In this document: in pieces, positions 1 through 18,168 of the stretch
Numbering within the stretch: the stretch's first letter is position 1
Layout: every line of letters begins with the position of its first letter
Assembly: GCF_009914755.1 (NCBI RefSeq)
Contig: NC_060925.1
Length of the DNA: 64,000 nt
From: the human T2T-CHM13v2.0 reference genome, Homo sapiens
Reading direction: 5' to 3' (one strand)
Translations under genes and position numbers: made by a program
Notes under the pieces: model-generated
Told to the model about the DNA's origin: nothing
Databases searched by the model: none
The model's input: the letters and a program-made list of their open reading frames with translations, nothing else

Positions 1-114
1 CATCTTTATAAGTCCACTTGTTGGAGAATGTGGGGGACAAGGAGAATGCAGTGGCTTTGGGGCCTAAAAGTGGCCAGGCTGAATAGAAGCAACTACTGCT
101 GCAGAGTAATGCAG

Positions 115-313
115 AGTCAAAAAATAAACATCATTTTGTATTTATTGAAACTTTTGATCATTGTTCATTATGACTTTTTTTGCATTAAGTTTATGGGGTT
201 TTTTGAATTATTGCATCAAATATCATTTATATTTAATACTGACTTATCTGGCACACTCTTAATTTTGTTTCCAAGGTGACTGCCTCATTCACCTCATCCT
301 AATCCCATCCCTG
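115..313. mobile_element. MER45-like hAT DNA transposon remnant
   Basis: Ends in tgcctcattcacctcatcctaatcccatccctg, resembling the MER45 terminus, preceded by the tttgatcattgttcat...tttgcattaa body. Confidence 0.6.
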
Positions 314-1644
314 ACTAAAGCTAAAGCTTAACAAAGTATGTATCCCTAGAAAAGCCTTAAAGAACCAGATTAAATAGGAGAAATATCAGGCAACTAGAGA
401 ATATTTGGGGGCCAACCCTTGCTTCACAGTTGTCGGTACACAAGGCTATCCTTTCACAGTGATTTATTCAGGAGAAATTCTAAAATGCTTAAGCAGAGGG
501 AGGTTGAGGACTGCCACCAATTTGTTAATCACTCCAACAAGTCATGAATGTCTATATTTAGTTTTCTGCAGCTAAAGAAATCTTGGCTATAAAGAAACTT
601 CTCTGCCATGAAATCCTCCACTTAAATATTTTCTAAAGTTAACTGACTGATGAGAATTTTTAATCTCAGCCTCTATGGATTCTTATGATAAAGGATTCAA
701 TTTAATCTTGCCTTAAGGACAGAGGCTGTTTGTTTAACTCTCTTTTCTCGAGTGGTAGAAATTAAAGCTTTAATCTCGAAGCAAAACCAAATTAGCAGGA
801 ATAGATCCCCAAATTTTGTCACTTATTCACCCTGATAGCTCCCTGAGCACACAGCTGCTTGTCCTCTGAGTCATCTCACCACTCCCCTCTTGTATTGTGT
901 ATTCAAATAAGCCTGCAAAGGGACTAAAGGGATGCTGGCATCTCTTCCTCTGATAATGGATAATTGAGCTCAATATTATTTTATCACCCGCCTCTGTGCT
1001 TTCCAAATAGCCTTAACAGGTTGCACTGTATAAAATCAAGCTAGGGAATGATTCTTTTGAAAATTAGCATGTTCAATCAAAATCCAGCAGGCTTTCCTTT
1101 TCAAAGCATCTGTTGTCATTTCAAATTTATGAACCACCTTAGCACTGTCTGTGACATCAATTGGCTTTTGAGCTATCACTTCTTAGTATGTAGCAATGTG
1201 TTCCACTAAATGTTAGTAAAAGACAATATCAGGCTTTGATGGCTTATCAAAGTGTTTTCATTAAATGACTTTTCAAAATCATGGTTGTAATATGCTTTGG
1301 GGTTACAGCCCAGGAAGATCCATACATTTGAAAGACTTGGGAAAATACAGTTAGGCAGATCCAAATATTGCAGCTGCTCCTTTGTCCCTGGCCAAACAAT
1401 TCTTGCCTTTGAGTTAAGAGTTAAGAAGATGACAAGCTAAAGGTTCAGTATCCCAGTCATTACGGTAGCATGTGTGTGACCTCCTCAACAGGTCCAAATT
1501 CTGTAGTTAAACCGCGTGAACAGAAATTCATATGCAGATAGTTAAGAAATTAAATATAAAGACTGTAAATTATGTAAATGGTATATTTTTTGTTAACTTA
1601 CTTTATGAATGCTTTTACCGAGAAAGGGGGACCTCCTACAACGT

Positions 1645-1778
1645 AGATCACTGCTTCACCCCAGCCTCATCCCTCAGAGATTTTGATTCTCATTCAGTAG
1701 GCTTAGGGTCAGCCTTGGCACCTACCTTTCAGGTGATTATTATGCAAATTTATTCAAGGAACATAATTTTAGAAAAAT
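1645..1778. mobile_element. MER5-like (hAT-Charlie) fragment
   Basis: cagagattttgatt...cagtaggcttagggt...caggtgattattatgca resembles the MER5 core. Confidence 0.5.
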
Positions 1779-2248
1779 TTATATATATTTTCATGGTGGG
1801 CTTTTATCATGTCCTAGTTACTTTAGTTAGAGCATTAACCGTGTTCAAAACTTCTTTCCCCCTTTGCTCTCTCATCTTTAGATGTTTATTATCTGCACTT
1901 TGCATATTTATTCTTCAATGTAGTTACATGCACAATAGAAATAATCCAGGATTTAAGGACACGTTTAAATATTGTCTATGGACAGGAATAAAATATGCCT
2001 CTAACTACTGACATTTTACAAAGCTAATATGTACTGTTTTTATTCTTTGTTCTTTCAATGCACTATTTGAATAGAACACTGCAAAGCACTGAAATATGTT
2101 GGTAAACTCAAGCTAGTCTGCTTTCTGCTTTGCAATATAGTAAAACATTAATCTTAAACAAGTAATCTGCATGCAAAATTGCCATAAGTGCTGCTAAAGT
2201 ATAGTAAAGAACACTATGGTGACTTCGAGGAATAAATGAAGTAACTAA

Positions 2249-2697
<449 letters not shown>

Positions 2698-2726
2698 TAA
2701 ATCTGATTTAAGCTCATATAAGTAAA

Positions 2727-2793
2727 TACACACACACAAACACACACACGCACATGCACACAGCTATCATCTATCTATCTATCCATCCATCCA
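2727..2793. repeat. Compound (CA)n / (TATC)n / (CATC)n microsatellite
   Basis: Read directly. Confidence 0.85.
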
Positions 2794-4735
2794 AATAACC
2801 TTATTTTCAGTTTTACAGATTTACTTCCATTTGCTATCTGTCAGCAAGTTAGTACCTAATACTGGATCAATTTTTAGCTCAGTTGGCTTACCTGAATGAT
2901 TAGTTTATGTTCATAAAAAATGACCTTTTATTCTTAAAAAGGTATTTGGAATGCCTTTAGTACTGGTTCAATAAATTAATTATTATTGTTTCTTTATTAT
3001 AAATTGGCATTTAGAATAATTATTATGAAAAATAATATGGGCTCTGCTAGTTTACATGTTTTGGAATGATTGTATCTGCTTGAATGATAATTAATATTAG
3101 GATAATGAAATGCTATATTTCTATAAATTCTTCTTGAATTATTCATTTCTAATTTTTGGATAATTTATTTTATTATTTTTAAATTGTGTTTCCAGATTCT
3201 TCTCTATCCATCTTATATTTTAAAAAAATAGTTTCTCCTAAATTCTTGAAAAAGGACAGGAATAATCCAGAGTGCTACACAATTTTTAATAAAGAATATT
3301 CAGGAAGGCTTATAGTTGGAGTTGGTGATCTTTAAGAGAGTGTAGTTGGGCTAAATTTGTACATAGCAAATCGATTGGCACATGGAAGAACTTAAGGACT
3401 ACTAGTCATTTTCTATGTTTAATTTTATCTCTCAGTTTTGTTTAACTTAAAGCCTTTAACGTAGCATGTTAAATCAAGAATCTCCTAATTTATAATTATA
3501 CATATAATTATTATTTTTCTCAGAAAAAAATTATTTCCAAAGAGTAAGTTTGAGTTGGCTTCTTGCTGTAGTCTCATTTTGCAATATGTTCCTCAAATTT
3601 ATAATATATGTGAAGGGGAAAATAAAATCCAAGAATTACAAAAACGCATTTCCAGGTATTTTCCATCTAGAATGTGTTTATTCTCTAGAGTAAGCAACTG
3701 ATATTAGAAATCAATTTCTATTTTTACAAAGATAAGCGTACATTGGTAGACTCTCATAAAACATTGGCCTGAAAAAAATGAAGCCTTAAAGAAATAGCTA
3801 TAGCCTAATAAGCTATAGTCTAATAAGAATTTAGTTATTTTTTTCTTAAAAAATGTAAAATAAAGAAGTGGATCTGCATTTTTTCTACTTATTATTCTCT
3901 AGCCAATTAATATGGACACTCTTTGTCACATGAAAATGAGAATTGCTGCTTACAATTAAAATAGCATTTACTCTAAAAGATTACTTTATCTTGGCCTCAA
4001 AATATCAGTAAACAATAAACATTGCAAAAGTATGTCATTTTGATTTATCTTCCATCTTCCAACGTTTTACAGTAAATAAATAATTATATTTTGTGTGTTA
4101 AGAAAAGTGATTTTTAAATGTAAATGCGTATAAAATGTTACTATTTGATCTAGATACACTCTTTGTATTGTGATATGATCTAGGAAGCATTCTTGGCCTG
4201 GAACTGACCCTTGTTATAGTTATTGCCAATTCAATACCCCCCAAACCTGCCTTACAGATACTATTAGTTGACTTTGAGGTATCTTTATAAAATCTTGGTG
4301 ATCTGGTAATTATATGGTATATTTTAAACATGTTTACAGATAATTGGTCTTGCTCAGAATCTACAAATTTGGAATCTTGAGCCTAACAATGGAGCTCATA
4401 TTACATATGCAGCTTAGGTATGTTTACTTTAAAAACAGAGAATGTTTTGACTTGAGTTACAGGGAAGAATGATCCTAACAGAAAAAGGTACTCACCTGCC
4501 AATTGATTTCTGAAACCTCACCAAGATACATCTATTCCCTTGGGACCTCCCAGCTACTTTTTCTTTTTTAAGGCAAACTACAAACACCACTAGAAATAAC
4601 AAATTTAATCCTGCTATAAATATTATGAATAACACAGTCTGTGTTAGTTATTTAGATTTTTTTTTCTGAGAGCAATTTTCCATAGGCTAGAAGTTGAAAA
4701 ACATTTTAAAATAGACATCGTTCATGAGCATATGC

Positions 4736-4778
4736 ATGTGTGTGTTGGTGCGTCTGTGTGTGTGAGTGTGTGTGTGCG
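4736..4778. repeat. Imperfect (TG)n microsatellite
   Basis: Read directly. Confidence 0.8.
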
Positions 4779-5397
4779 CACAAATGACAAGGCAGTGCAG
4801 GTTTAGAAAAGATCTGCCAAAAAGAATGAGTAGTCTGGAGAATATTACAAACATGCTGCATACACTACTTAATAATTTAATGTAGGGCTTGCACTGGGTA
4901 TTATGTGCACTTTTAGGTTATTATGAAACTGTCATGTAGAAGCATCCTATGTAAAAAAATAATGATGTTTGCCAACTGACTTGGTTAATACCTGTCACTG
5001 ATTCACAGTGTGGAGAAATTATTTTAAGAAAACGCTTTTCCAGGCAAAGGAGGAGTGCATTGTCTCTGTCTAGTGAGGGATGGTGGCATCTCAGTTCATG
5101 GGCACAGTGTGATTGTTTCCATTTAGCATGCGATGTCATTGAATTAATAATTGGGTTTGCTTACTAGTAGCAAGATATTTCTGCCATCACTTGGGAATTC
5201 AAATGCCTGGCATATAACTTAACATTAATTTTTGGTACAATTAACCATTTCTTATTTCTTTATTTCGGCATAATTTCCAAATAAAATGCATGCATTCTTT
5301 CATTACTACAATAAAATTTAGATAGATAGATGAAGTAATTTTTTAGATTTTATTTAAACAATTATGAAACTTCATGCAATAAGAAAGAAGACTTTTA

Positions 5398-5769
<372 letters not shown>

Positions 5770-6134
5770 TCACACTTTTTCTTATTTTCATAGTATGCCT
5801 GTAATAGAAATGGCTATTTTAAAAGGCTCTTATAAACATTTATGATTTCTTTTTACCTAGTTTTCTTTAGATTGTCCATAGTGAAGCAAAAATATTCAAA
5901 TGTCTGATGATAGATGCAGATTCTGCTAGGTGAGAGATGAGAAAAATGGCAGAAAGTATATTCAATACACCTTGCTGGCCAACCATCTCAGACACCATGG
6001 ACACAACCTGAACTCCCCTCTGCCTTTTCATGTTATACTTCTCTCTGGCCTGTTCACTTGGGGAGGCCATTGCTTTGTTTTGATTACATAGTAATTACTC
6101 TTGAAAGAATATATGTGCATGCATATGTGTGTTC

Positions 6135-6200
6135 TGTGTGTGTGTGTGTTTGAGAGAGAGAGAGAGAGAGAAAGACAGAAGACCAGAAAGAGAGACAGAA
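6135..6200. repeat. (TG)n(GA)n compound microsatellite
   Basis: Read directly. Confidence 0.85.
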
Positions 6201-6499
6201 GCAAGGAAAAGAAGAGCACAAGAGACACATTTGTTTTCCTCTAATTCTGGGATTTTCACCAATATTGCTGATATATTGCTATTCTACTGAGAAATTAATT
6301 TATTCTTAAACTATTTTACACTAACCCATCCTACTATGCCCATGATGTGCTTCAATCACAAAAAGGAAGTTTAAGGTGAGGAATAAAATATTGCTTTTAA
6401 TGATTGGAAGTAACACTTTTAAGATTGCTAGCATTTATGGATAAACATCAATGGGCTCACATGGAGCATCCAAAAATGTATTTATTTAAGAGTGATAAT

Positions 6500-6713
6500 A
6501 TTTGTAGTGTTTAAGGCCCTCTGGCCAGAATGCCAAAATTAAATGCCCTATGATAAAATCCTTGCCATCTTTAGCAAGTTATTTGACTTCCCCGTGCATC
6601 TACCTTGTTTTTTCTAACCACACAAAGGAAAAAAGTATAATCACAAGAACCTAAATTATAAGATCATGATGAATTAAATGACAATACATGTAAAATATTT
6701 AGAAGACTGTCTA
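6500..6713 (+). mobile_element. MIR, interrupted by MLT1; its 3' end resumes at ~12179-12216
   Basis: agcaagttatttgacttcccc core and attaaatgacaatacatgtaaa; continuation gccagatatatagcaag...aaatgttaactatt after the MLT1. Confidence 0.6.
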
Positions 6714-8365
6714 TATATTAGTTTGCTATTACTACTATAACAAATTACCACAAATGTAGTGGCCTAAACAACATAAACTTAATATTTTACAGTGTTGTAT
6801 TTCAGAAGCCTGAAATATGTCTCACTAGGCTAAAATCAAGGGGTCAGCAGGACTGTGTTCCTTGCTGGAAGCTCTTGGAAGAATCTGTTTACTTGTCTTT
6901 TTCAACTTCCAGAGGTGGCAGCATTCCCTAACTCTTGGCCCCCTTCCATCTTCAAAGCCACCAGTATGTAGTCTGGTCTCTCTGATATCTGACTCTTCTG
7001 CCTCCCTCCTCCACATTTAAAACATGCTTGTCAGGGGATTGCTGGCAAGATGGCTGAATAGGAATAGCTCTGGTCTGCAGCTCCCAGCAAGATTGACACA
7101 GAAGGTGAGTGATTTCTGCATTTCCAACTGAGATACCTGGTTCATGTCATTGGGACTGATTGGACAGTGGGTGCAGCCCAAGGAGGGCAAGCCAAAGCAG
7201 GGTGGGGCGTTGCCTCACCCAGGAAGGGCAAGGGGTCGGGGAACTCCTCCTCCTAGCGAAGGGAAGCCATTAGGGATTGTACCATGCACTCCGGCCCAGA
7301 CACTGCACTTTTCCCACGGTCTTTGCAACCCACAGACCAGGACATTCACTCCAGTGCCCATGGCACAAGGGCCCTGAGTTTCCAGCACAAAACTTGGTGG
7401 CCCTTTGGGCAGACACCAAGATAGACACAGGAGGTTTTTTTTCATACCCCAGTGGCTCCAGGAATGCCAGCAAGACAGAACTGTTCACTCTCCTGGAAAG
7501 GGGACTGAAGCCAGGGAGCCAAGTGGTCTGGCTGGGCAGTTCCCACCCTTATGGAGCCCAGGAAGCTAAGATCCACTGGCTTGAAATCCTTGCTGCTAGC
7601 ACAGCAGTCTGAGCTCGAACTGGGACACTCCAGCTTGATGGGGGGAGGGGCGTCAGCCACTGCTGAGGCTTGAACAGGCAGTTTTACCCTCACAGTGTAA
7701 ATAAACCCGCCAGGAAGTTTGAACTGGGCAGAGACCACCGCAGCTCAGCAAGGTCACTGCGTCCAGACTGCCTCTCCAGATTCCCTCCTCTCTGGGCAGA
7801 GCATCTCTGAAAATAAGGCAGCAACCCCAGTCAGAGACTTAGAAATAAAACCCCCACCTCCCTGGGACAGAGCAGTTGGGGGAAGGGGTGATTGGGGACG
7901 CAGCTTCAGCAAACTTAAACGTCCCTGCCTGGCAGCTCTGAAGACAGTAGCAGATCCCCCAGCACAGTGTTTGAGCTCTGATAAGGGACAGACTGCCTCC
8001 TAAAGTGGGTCCTTGACCCCGTGTATCCTGACTGGGAGATGACTTGCAGTAAGGGCCGACAGACACCTCATACAGGAGAGCTCTGGCTGCCACTTGGCAA
8101 GTGCCCCTCTGGGACGAAGCTTCCGGAGGAAGGAACAGGCAGCAATCTTTGTTGTTCTGCAGCCTCCGTCGGTAATACCCAGGCAAACAGGGTCTGGAGT
8201 GGGCCTCCAGCAAACTCCAGACCTGCAGCAGAGGGGCCTGAATGTTAGAAGGAAAACTAACAAACAGCAAGGAATAGTATCAACATCAACAAAAAGGATG
8301 TCCACACAGAGACCCCATCCGAAGGTCATCGACTTCAAAGACCAAAGGTAAATAAATCCACAAAG

Positions 8366-8788
8366 ATGGGGAGAAACCAGCACAAAAAGGCTGTAACTTC
8401 CAAAAACCAGAATGCCCCTTCTCCTCCAAAGGATCACAACTCCTTGCCAGCAAAGGAACAAAACTGGACGGAGAATGAGTTTCACAAACTGACAGAAGTA
8501 AGCTTCAGAAGGTGGGTAATAACAAACTCCTCTGAGCTAAAGGAGCACATTCTAACCCGATGCAAGGAAGCTAAGAACCTTGAAAAAAGATTAGATGAAT
8601 CGCTAACTAGAATAACCAGTTCAGAGAAGAACATAAATGACAGTCTATCAGATGACAGTCTCTCAGACCACAGTGCAATCAAATTAGAACTCAGGATTAA
8701 GAAACTCACTCAAAACCTCACAACTACATGGAAACTGAACAACCTGCTCCTGAATGACTACTGGGTACATAACGAAATAAAGGCATAA
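8366..8788 (+). pseudogene. L1 ORF1p N-terminus fused in frame to the end of the ORF2p endonuclease domain
   Basis: MGRNQHKK...EKNIND (ORF1p) joined to [20 protein letters not shown]...[13 protein letters not shown] (ORF2p). Confidence 0.9.
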
Positions 8789-8794
8789 ATAAAG

Positions 8795-11586
<2,792 letters not shown>

Positions 11587-12340
11587 AATCAATCCAAATA
11601 CCTATCAGTGATAGACTGGATAAAGAAAATATGGCACATATACACCATAAAATACTATGCAGCCATAAAAAAGGATGAGTTCATGTCCTTTTCAGGGACA
11701 TGGATAAAAATGGAAACCATCATTCTCAGCAAACTAGCACAATAACAGAAAACCAAACATCGCATGTTCTCACACATAATTGGGAGCTGAATAATGAGAA
11801 CACATGGACACAGGGAGGGGAATATCACATACCTGGGCCTGTTGGGTGGTGGGGGGCTAGAGGAGGGATAACATTAGGAAAAATACCTAATGTAGATGAC
11901 AGGTTGATGGGTGCAGCAAACCACCATGGCACATGTATACCTATGTAAAAAACCTTCACGTTCTGTACATTTACCCAAAACTTAAAGTATAATAATAATA
12001 ATAATAATAAAAGACACTTGTAATGATTATGTTGCATCCACCCAGATCATCCAGGAAAATCTTCCTATGTTAAGGTCAGGTAATTGGCAACATTAATTTC
12101 CTATTGCCATGCAACATAACAAGTGACAGAGATTAGGACTTGGGCATTTTTGTTGGGGCCATTATTCTGCCCAACACAGCCAGATATATAGCAAGAATTT
12201 TAAAATGTTAACTATTGTAACATTTTTGAAAATGCAAATGTATGGATTTTTTTCTGTAAAGGTTCATGGTTTTAATAAACCCAAACAATCACCAGAAAGA
12301 TAAATAAATTATTATTTGTAGAAATAAAGTACGTAAGTTA

Positions 12341-12639
<299 letters not shown>

Positions 12640-12924
12640 GTATAGATTAAAATGAATAATATAAAGTGAATGATATAAAATTGCCACATATTATATATGA
12701 CTAGACTGGATACAAAGTAATTTGTATTTCTCTTGAAGGAGTACCGTTTTAATTGAAAAATTTTCAAGTGCATTTGCTTTCTGTCCAATTTTAGCCCCAT
12801 TCCATTGCAAACACAATTAATTGGAAATAGATAAAAATTATTGGTGTTCATAGAGAAGTACAATATGCATATCTGTATTGTTATATTCAAGATCAAAAAG
12901 TCCCTGTTATTAAGTTAGGAAGGG

Positions 12925-13150
12925 GAGCTAACACAAGTCTCTACTGTGTTCTGGACACAATGTCAGGTGCTCCACTGGTGGCTTCATTCTCACCAAAAGT
13001 CACATGTGATTCAGAGGTAATTGTCCTGTTTTATGGATAAGAAATCTGAGATTTAGAAAAGTTGACCACATTGATAAAATTTATACAGCTAGTAATATAT
13101 GAGACTAGCATATTGACCACCCATTTCTCACTCAAAAGTCTTTGTTTTCT
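12925..13150 (-). mobile_element. MIR
   Basis: gttttatggataagaaatctgagatttagaaaagttga...atacagctagtaa matches the reverse MIR core. Confidence 0.6.
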
Positions 13151-13734
13151 CCCCACAGTCTGCTTCCTCTCTAAACTACAGCTTATACTGTATTGGTTTC
13201 CCATCTGTACCATGAGATTTCTCATAAAACATTGCTTAGTCTCCATATAACCTATAACATTTATAACAGAAACACAGACCTATAATATGACATTTTAGAC
13301 AGTTGTGACATCATTTTCTAATGCCCCATTAAGTTAGCAGAAACTACTATTTTAAAGACAAATAGTATTTTCCATTCAATAGTTGGCATATTTACAATTT
13401 TCAGTCAATGCATGTTTTTAATTTCACACCATATGATTTTGAACTAACAATTTCAGGCCAGTGATATTTGTCTTTGTCTCCTCCTTAATGAACTGAATGT
13501 TTCCAAAAACATGAAATAAGGTACCTGTGTTGCTAAGAAAGATGAAGTCATTTCATCTACAGAAAATATTCTTACTATCCTAAAAGACTGGAATTAGTGG
13601 GGAGTGACCCATAGGAGTGATTAAATTCAGGTTGGTCAAACTTGACAATTGGTTCTCTTTAAGCACAAACAAGTACTTAAGATTCTTTTTCCTTTTATTT
13701 CCTCTCCCTTACACTTATTCATATTGTATAATCA

Positions 13735-14163
<429 letters not shown>

Positions 14164-16001
14164 TTACGCTTGGGGTAAACACTTAACAGATGCATTTTAA
14201 AGGACTTTAACAGTTACTTCCCTTTCTCATGAAGACCTTTGTTTTTATAACAAATATCTTAATATAGTTATGACAAAGAATGATAGTGACTAGTATCCAG
14301 AGCTTCCTTCAGCTTTCTTTGAGCCTATTCTCCATCCTTCACCAGCTGTCTTTCAGAAGACCCAAGGCAAGCAAAGTGGCTAGAAATGTAAATTACCTCT
14401 TTATAGCATGGAGTTTTGGTAAGGAAAAATGTGGTGAAAAGTTTTGAATTACTGTATAAATTATTTGTAGGCAAATCAACAAAAATTTTAAATGGTTCAG
14501 TGACAAAAAGCAATATACACAAAAATGTTTTTTTTTTTTTAAATGGGAATGTGTCTTATCTGTTTTAGCACTGATGTTTCCTAATTGTAAAATGTCTTCA
14601 TAGAACTGCAGGAGACAGAAAAGTAAGACTTCTTCAGTTTCACAAGAACACCTTTGGAATTCATATGTAATTGACTTAAACTGTAAAGACAAGAGATCAT
14701 TTTCTGTATTCCATGTCTTTTGGCATGTTTCTTTATTTATTTCATTACGTAGGAAGACAGTAGTTTCAAATATTATTTTTGGAAAAAAACAGAATACCAT
14801 CACCATCAGATAATTTTCCACCAACATTGATTATTATACTGAAATTCTCTCTAGATGTGGATTATCAAAGAGAAAAGAGATAAATGTGAATTAAATATTG
14901 TTAAAGTGTTAAATGTTAAAGTCATGCAATCAGAATTAGGGATATATTGGAGGTTCGTTAATTTAAGCATTGGCTTTCTGGAATCAAAACAGCTGTTTTC
15001 AATAATTCATCTTTACTGTTGCCTCAGGCTCTTATATCTCCTGTTTATTAATTAGGAACAGAATTATACTTATTTACTCTTTGATTATTTCATCTTTTTC
15101 TTGGTTTCTTACTGAATCCCCATAATATGGGATGCTTGCCAAAATGTTGATGCTGGCTCAGGGGGATTACCCATGTAACAGATCATCTAATAAAGTCTAG
15201 ATGATCTGGGATTTATAGAGAGGAAATTGAATAAGGAGGAAAGGTCAGTGGAAAGGTAGGAGGAAATTTTCTCTGACATTTATCTTAGTCAACACACTAA
15301 TTTTCGAGTTTGGATAGGAGCATCTATGCCTAGCTCTCAGGTTGCCAGGCTGGACATAACAGTGTCTCATCTCCTTATCTTCTGCAAGACTAGCTCAACA
15401 TTCCCAAAGTGGGATTCTGACCTTTTCCTTGATAAAGATTATACCGTAGTAAAGGAGGAGCTGAATAGTTTTGCTCTTTTCTCTATCATATGCTCACACT
15501 AATTATCTTTTCAAAAAAGACATCCTACTCTTCTTTTGTTTATTTACTTTCCTAGTTCATAAATAGCTTTAAAAAGATTTGTGTTATCCTTAAATTTTTA
15601 AATAAGTCTGAGTTGATTTTAAGCATGTTCATTTCTCTTGACATTGTGGCCCTTTTGTGTAATCATACTTGATCTTACAGCCCTCTTTCCAACATTTGTA
15701 TAGACAATTAAACATTCTGAGTTTATCATAAAGCTCTCTTTCATTTGCATTAATTTAAGTGCCTTCTTTTTTCTTCTTCACTGGAATAATTTGTGATTAT
15801 ATTAGCATAACTTTTACAGCCTTCAGGTATTCCTGACTTATCAATATTCTTAAGACTCATAGAACATAGGATCATAAAAGTATTTCCTGGAATGTTTTAA
15901 TGATGTATTATTATAAAATTATTTATTTTTTATTATTGATTGAGCTACACATATTATATGAAGTTATGAAAAAAAGCAAAGTAGACATATAGCCAACGAA
16001 C

Positions 16002-16033
16002 AGTAGCAGTAGTAGTAGTAGCAGTAGTAGTAG
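16002..16033. repeat. (AGT/AGC)n trinucleotide repeat
   Basis: Read directly. Confidence 0.8.
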
Positions 16034-16229
16034 ATGTTTCTTATAACCAGTTCTCCAAGGGTGGGGAAAAATACAGAAGGGTAGCATTTCTTAAATTCCT
16101 TGACATAAATGCTCCCACTATGATCAAGCTCAGATGGCCAGCACTACAGCACTGAACAGGGCATAGGAAAGAGATGAGAACAATTGGTCCAGGGGAGCTG
16201 GTATGAGTTGGCACCAGCATACACTTCTG
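16022..16229 (-). mobile_element. MER63A-like hAT MITE
   Basis: taaatgctcccactatg...cactgaac...gaaagagatg...gagctggtatgagttggcaccagcatacacttctg resembles reverse MER63A including its terminus. Confidence 0.65.
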
Positions 16230-18168
16230 TTCACTTCAACAACAGTGGTTTCATGCCCAGTACCCTCTTAGTCCTTAGAGTCCTCTCTGCAGAAGTGACA
16301 ACTCTGGACCCTGTTAGCTGTTCAATTCAGCATTTAGGCATCATTAAATAATTTTTATTAATAAGAATTGACAAGTATTCTTTATTTATCTATTTTAGAC
16401 ATTAAACGTTGTCTTCTTATTTTGGTACAGAAGGATTTAATTCTCTAACGCTGCCATCCCTTTTTTATTTCCTTCTGCCTTCTTTTTAGTGTTGCTGAGT
16501 GACAGTTTTTATTTGAATCAATACTAAGTTTTAATTTACTGTGTTATGAATATGAAATCACACTGAATATTGTGTACTATTATTACTTATTTTTCACTTT
16601 CTTCTAAAGTTAATGATTACCTTTTTTAAAATAAATGTATATAGTTTTGTACCTATTGCTAATTTTTTCCACAACTTCCAATAGCCTCTCAGCATAACTT
16701 CTCAAATATTATGATCTGTAATCTGACAGTTTCAAAGTATTTTTGGAGCCATTTCTCCTGGAGTCTTCTTCTTCTATTTGGACTGTCTATTCTCTAGTCT
16801 TAGTGAACAACTCTCTTTCTGGGACTCTCCTTGCTGTAATTGTAAAAACTCTTTTTGTTTTTCTCTTAGTTGGTGTATATATTTCTGCCATTTGATAGAT
16901 CTTATGTATATGTCTTTATTATATCTCTTTCTTTCTCACTCCGTCATTGGACCACATTCACTTATGGCTTCATCCAAAGAATAAAGCAGAGAAAGAGCAG
17001 AGACATGGTGTTGATGACCTTAATATATTTACCTTGAGTCAAACCGCTTAACACCAAGCTCTCTTTGCCAAGTTCCCACTTGTCATTCTTCAATTGCCTT
17101 GACATCACCCTTGAGGAGGATACTTTAATTTCTTCCCAGGTTCTATGCTCCTGTTTTCTGATTATCCAGTATTTTTCTCAATATTGGTTTACTCCATCTT
17201 TTTGTGGAGCATATCTTCTAACAGTTTTTTGACAAAGGGAGATAAATATTTTGAAATTATATATATATATATGAAAATGTCTTTATTCTACTCTCTGATT
17301 TATTTGATGGCTTAGGCATAGAGCTCTATACTAAAAATCATTTTCTATCAATATTTTGGATGTACTTTTCAATTGTCTTCTCTCACTCACCTTTGGTTTC
17401 AAAAAGTTTGAAACCATTTTGATTCCTTTCTTTTTGTTTTTGACCTTGTACCTCCGGGTGTTTGTAACATACCCCATGCTACACCATTGCTCTGAATTAT
17501 CAAAATGATGTGCCTTAATATGAACTGCCTTTCTTTCTTTATGCTGGGACCTCCATGGATTCTCGTAATGTAGCAGATTACATCCTCAAGATGAGGGAAA
17601 TTTCCCCAAGTTATTTCTTTGAGAATTTTCTTTTCTTCTTTTCTGCCTTTTCACTTTACATTCTAGGAGACTTTCTCAAATTTTATCATGTAGCTCTTCA
17701 ATTTTCAATTTCTATTCTCATTTTTTTAATTGCAAGAGCTCATCTTTTTTTCTTTTCTCCGAATGATTCTCTATTATATCAATTTTTTCTTTCTTGGATA
17801 AAGTATCTTTATATATCTGAGGTAAGTAATAACACATTAAAATTTTTTTTCTCCCTGCATCATGTCTGTTTCCTCTAAGATTCTTTATCTCTTCATTTAC
17901 CTTGGTTTCTGTATCACATGTTAAAAAATGTTGGTCAGAAATCCAGTGATCCTTAAGTATCAACTCCTGTTAAACAATGAGGAACTAAAAAGCTGATTGG
18001 CAACTTTGAGTCTGTAGGTTGTTCTTATATCTAAAGACATCACTGGGGGCCATTTGTCGACATGGGTGGGCCATTTGTTGAAGAAAAGTTAAGGTAAGTA
18101 TGGTTAAATATTTCTTCTTGAACTTGTTAGATTCTCACAGAAAATATTCTGTTCTCTTGCCTGCAGGT

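Noticed and set aside
7144-8485. Cluster of overlapping ORFs on both strands in GC-richer DNA
   Set aside because: L1 5'UTR; the higher GC lowers stop frequency. No recognisable ORF0 or other product
14600-14630. Possible 19-nt microexon (catag|...|gtaaga), and other lone splice-like motifs near 56160 and 63688
   Set aside because: Weak partner sites; such motifs are expected by chance
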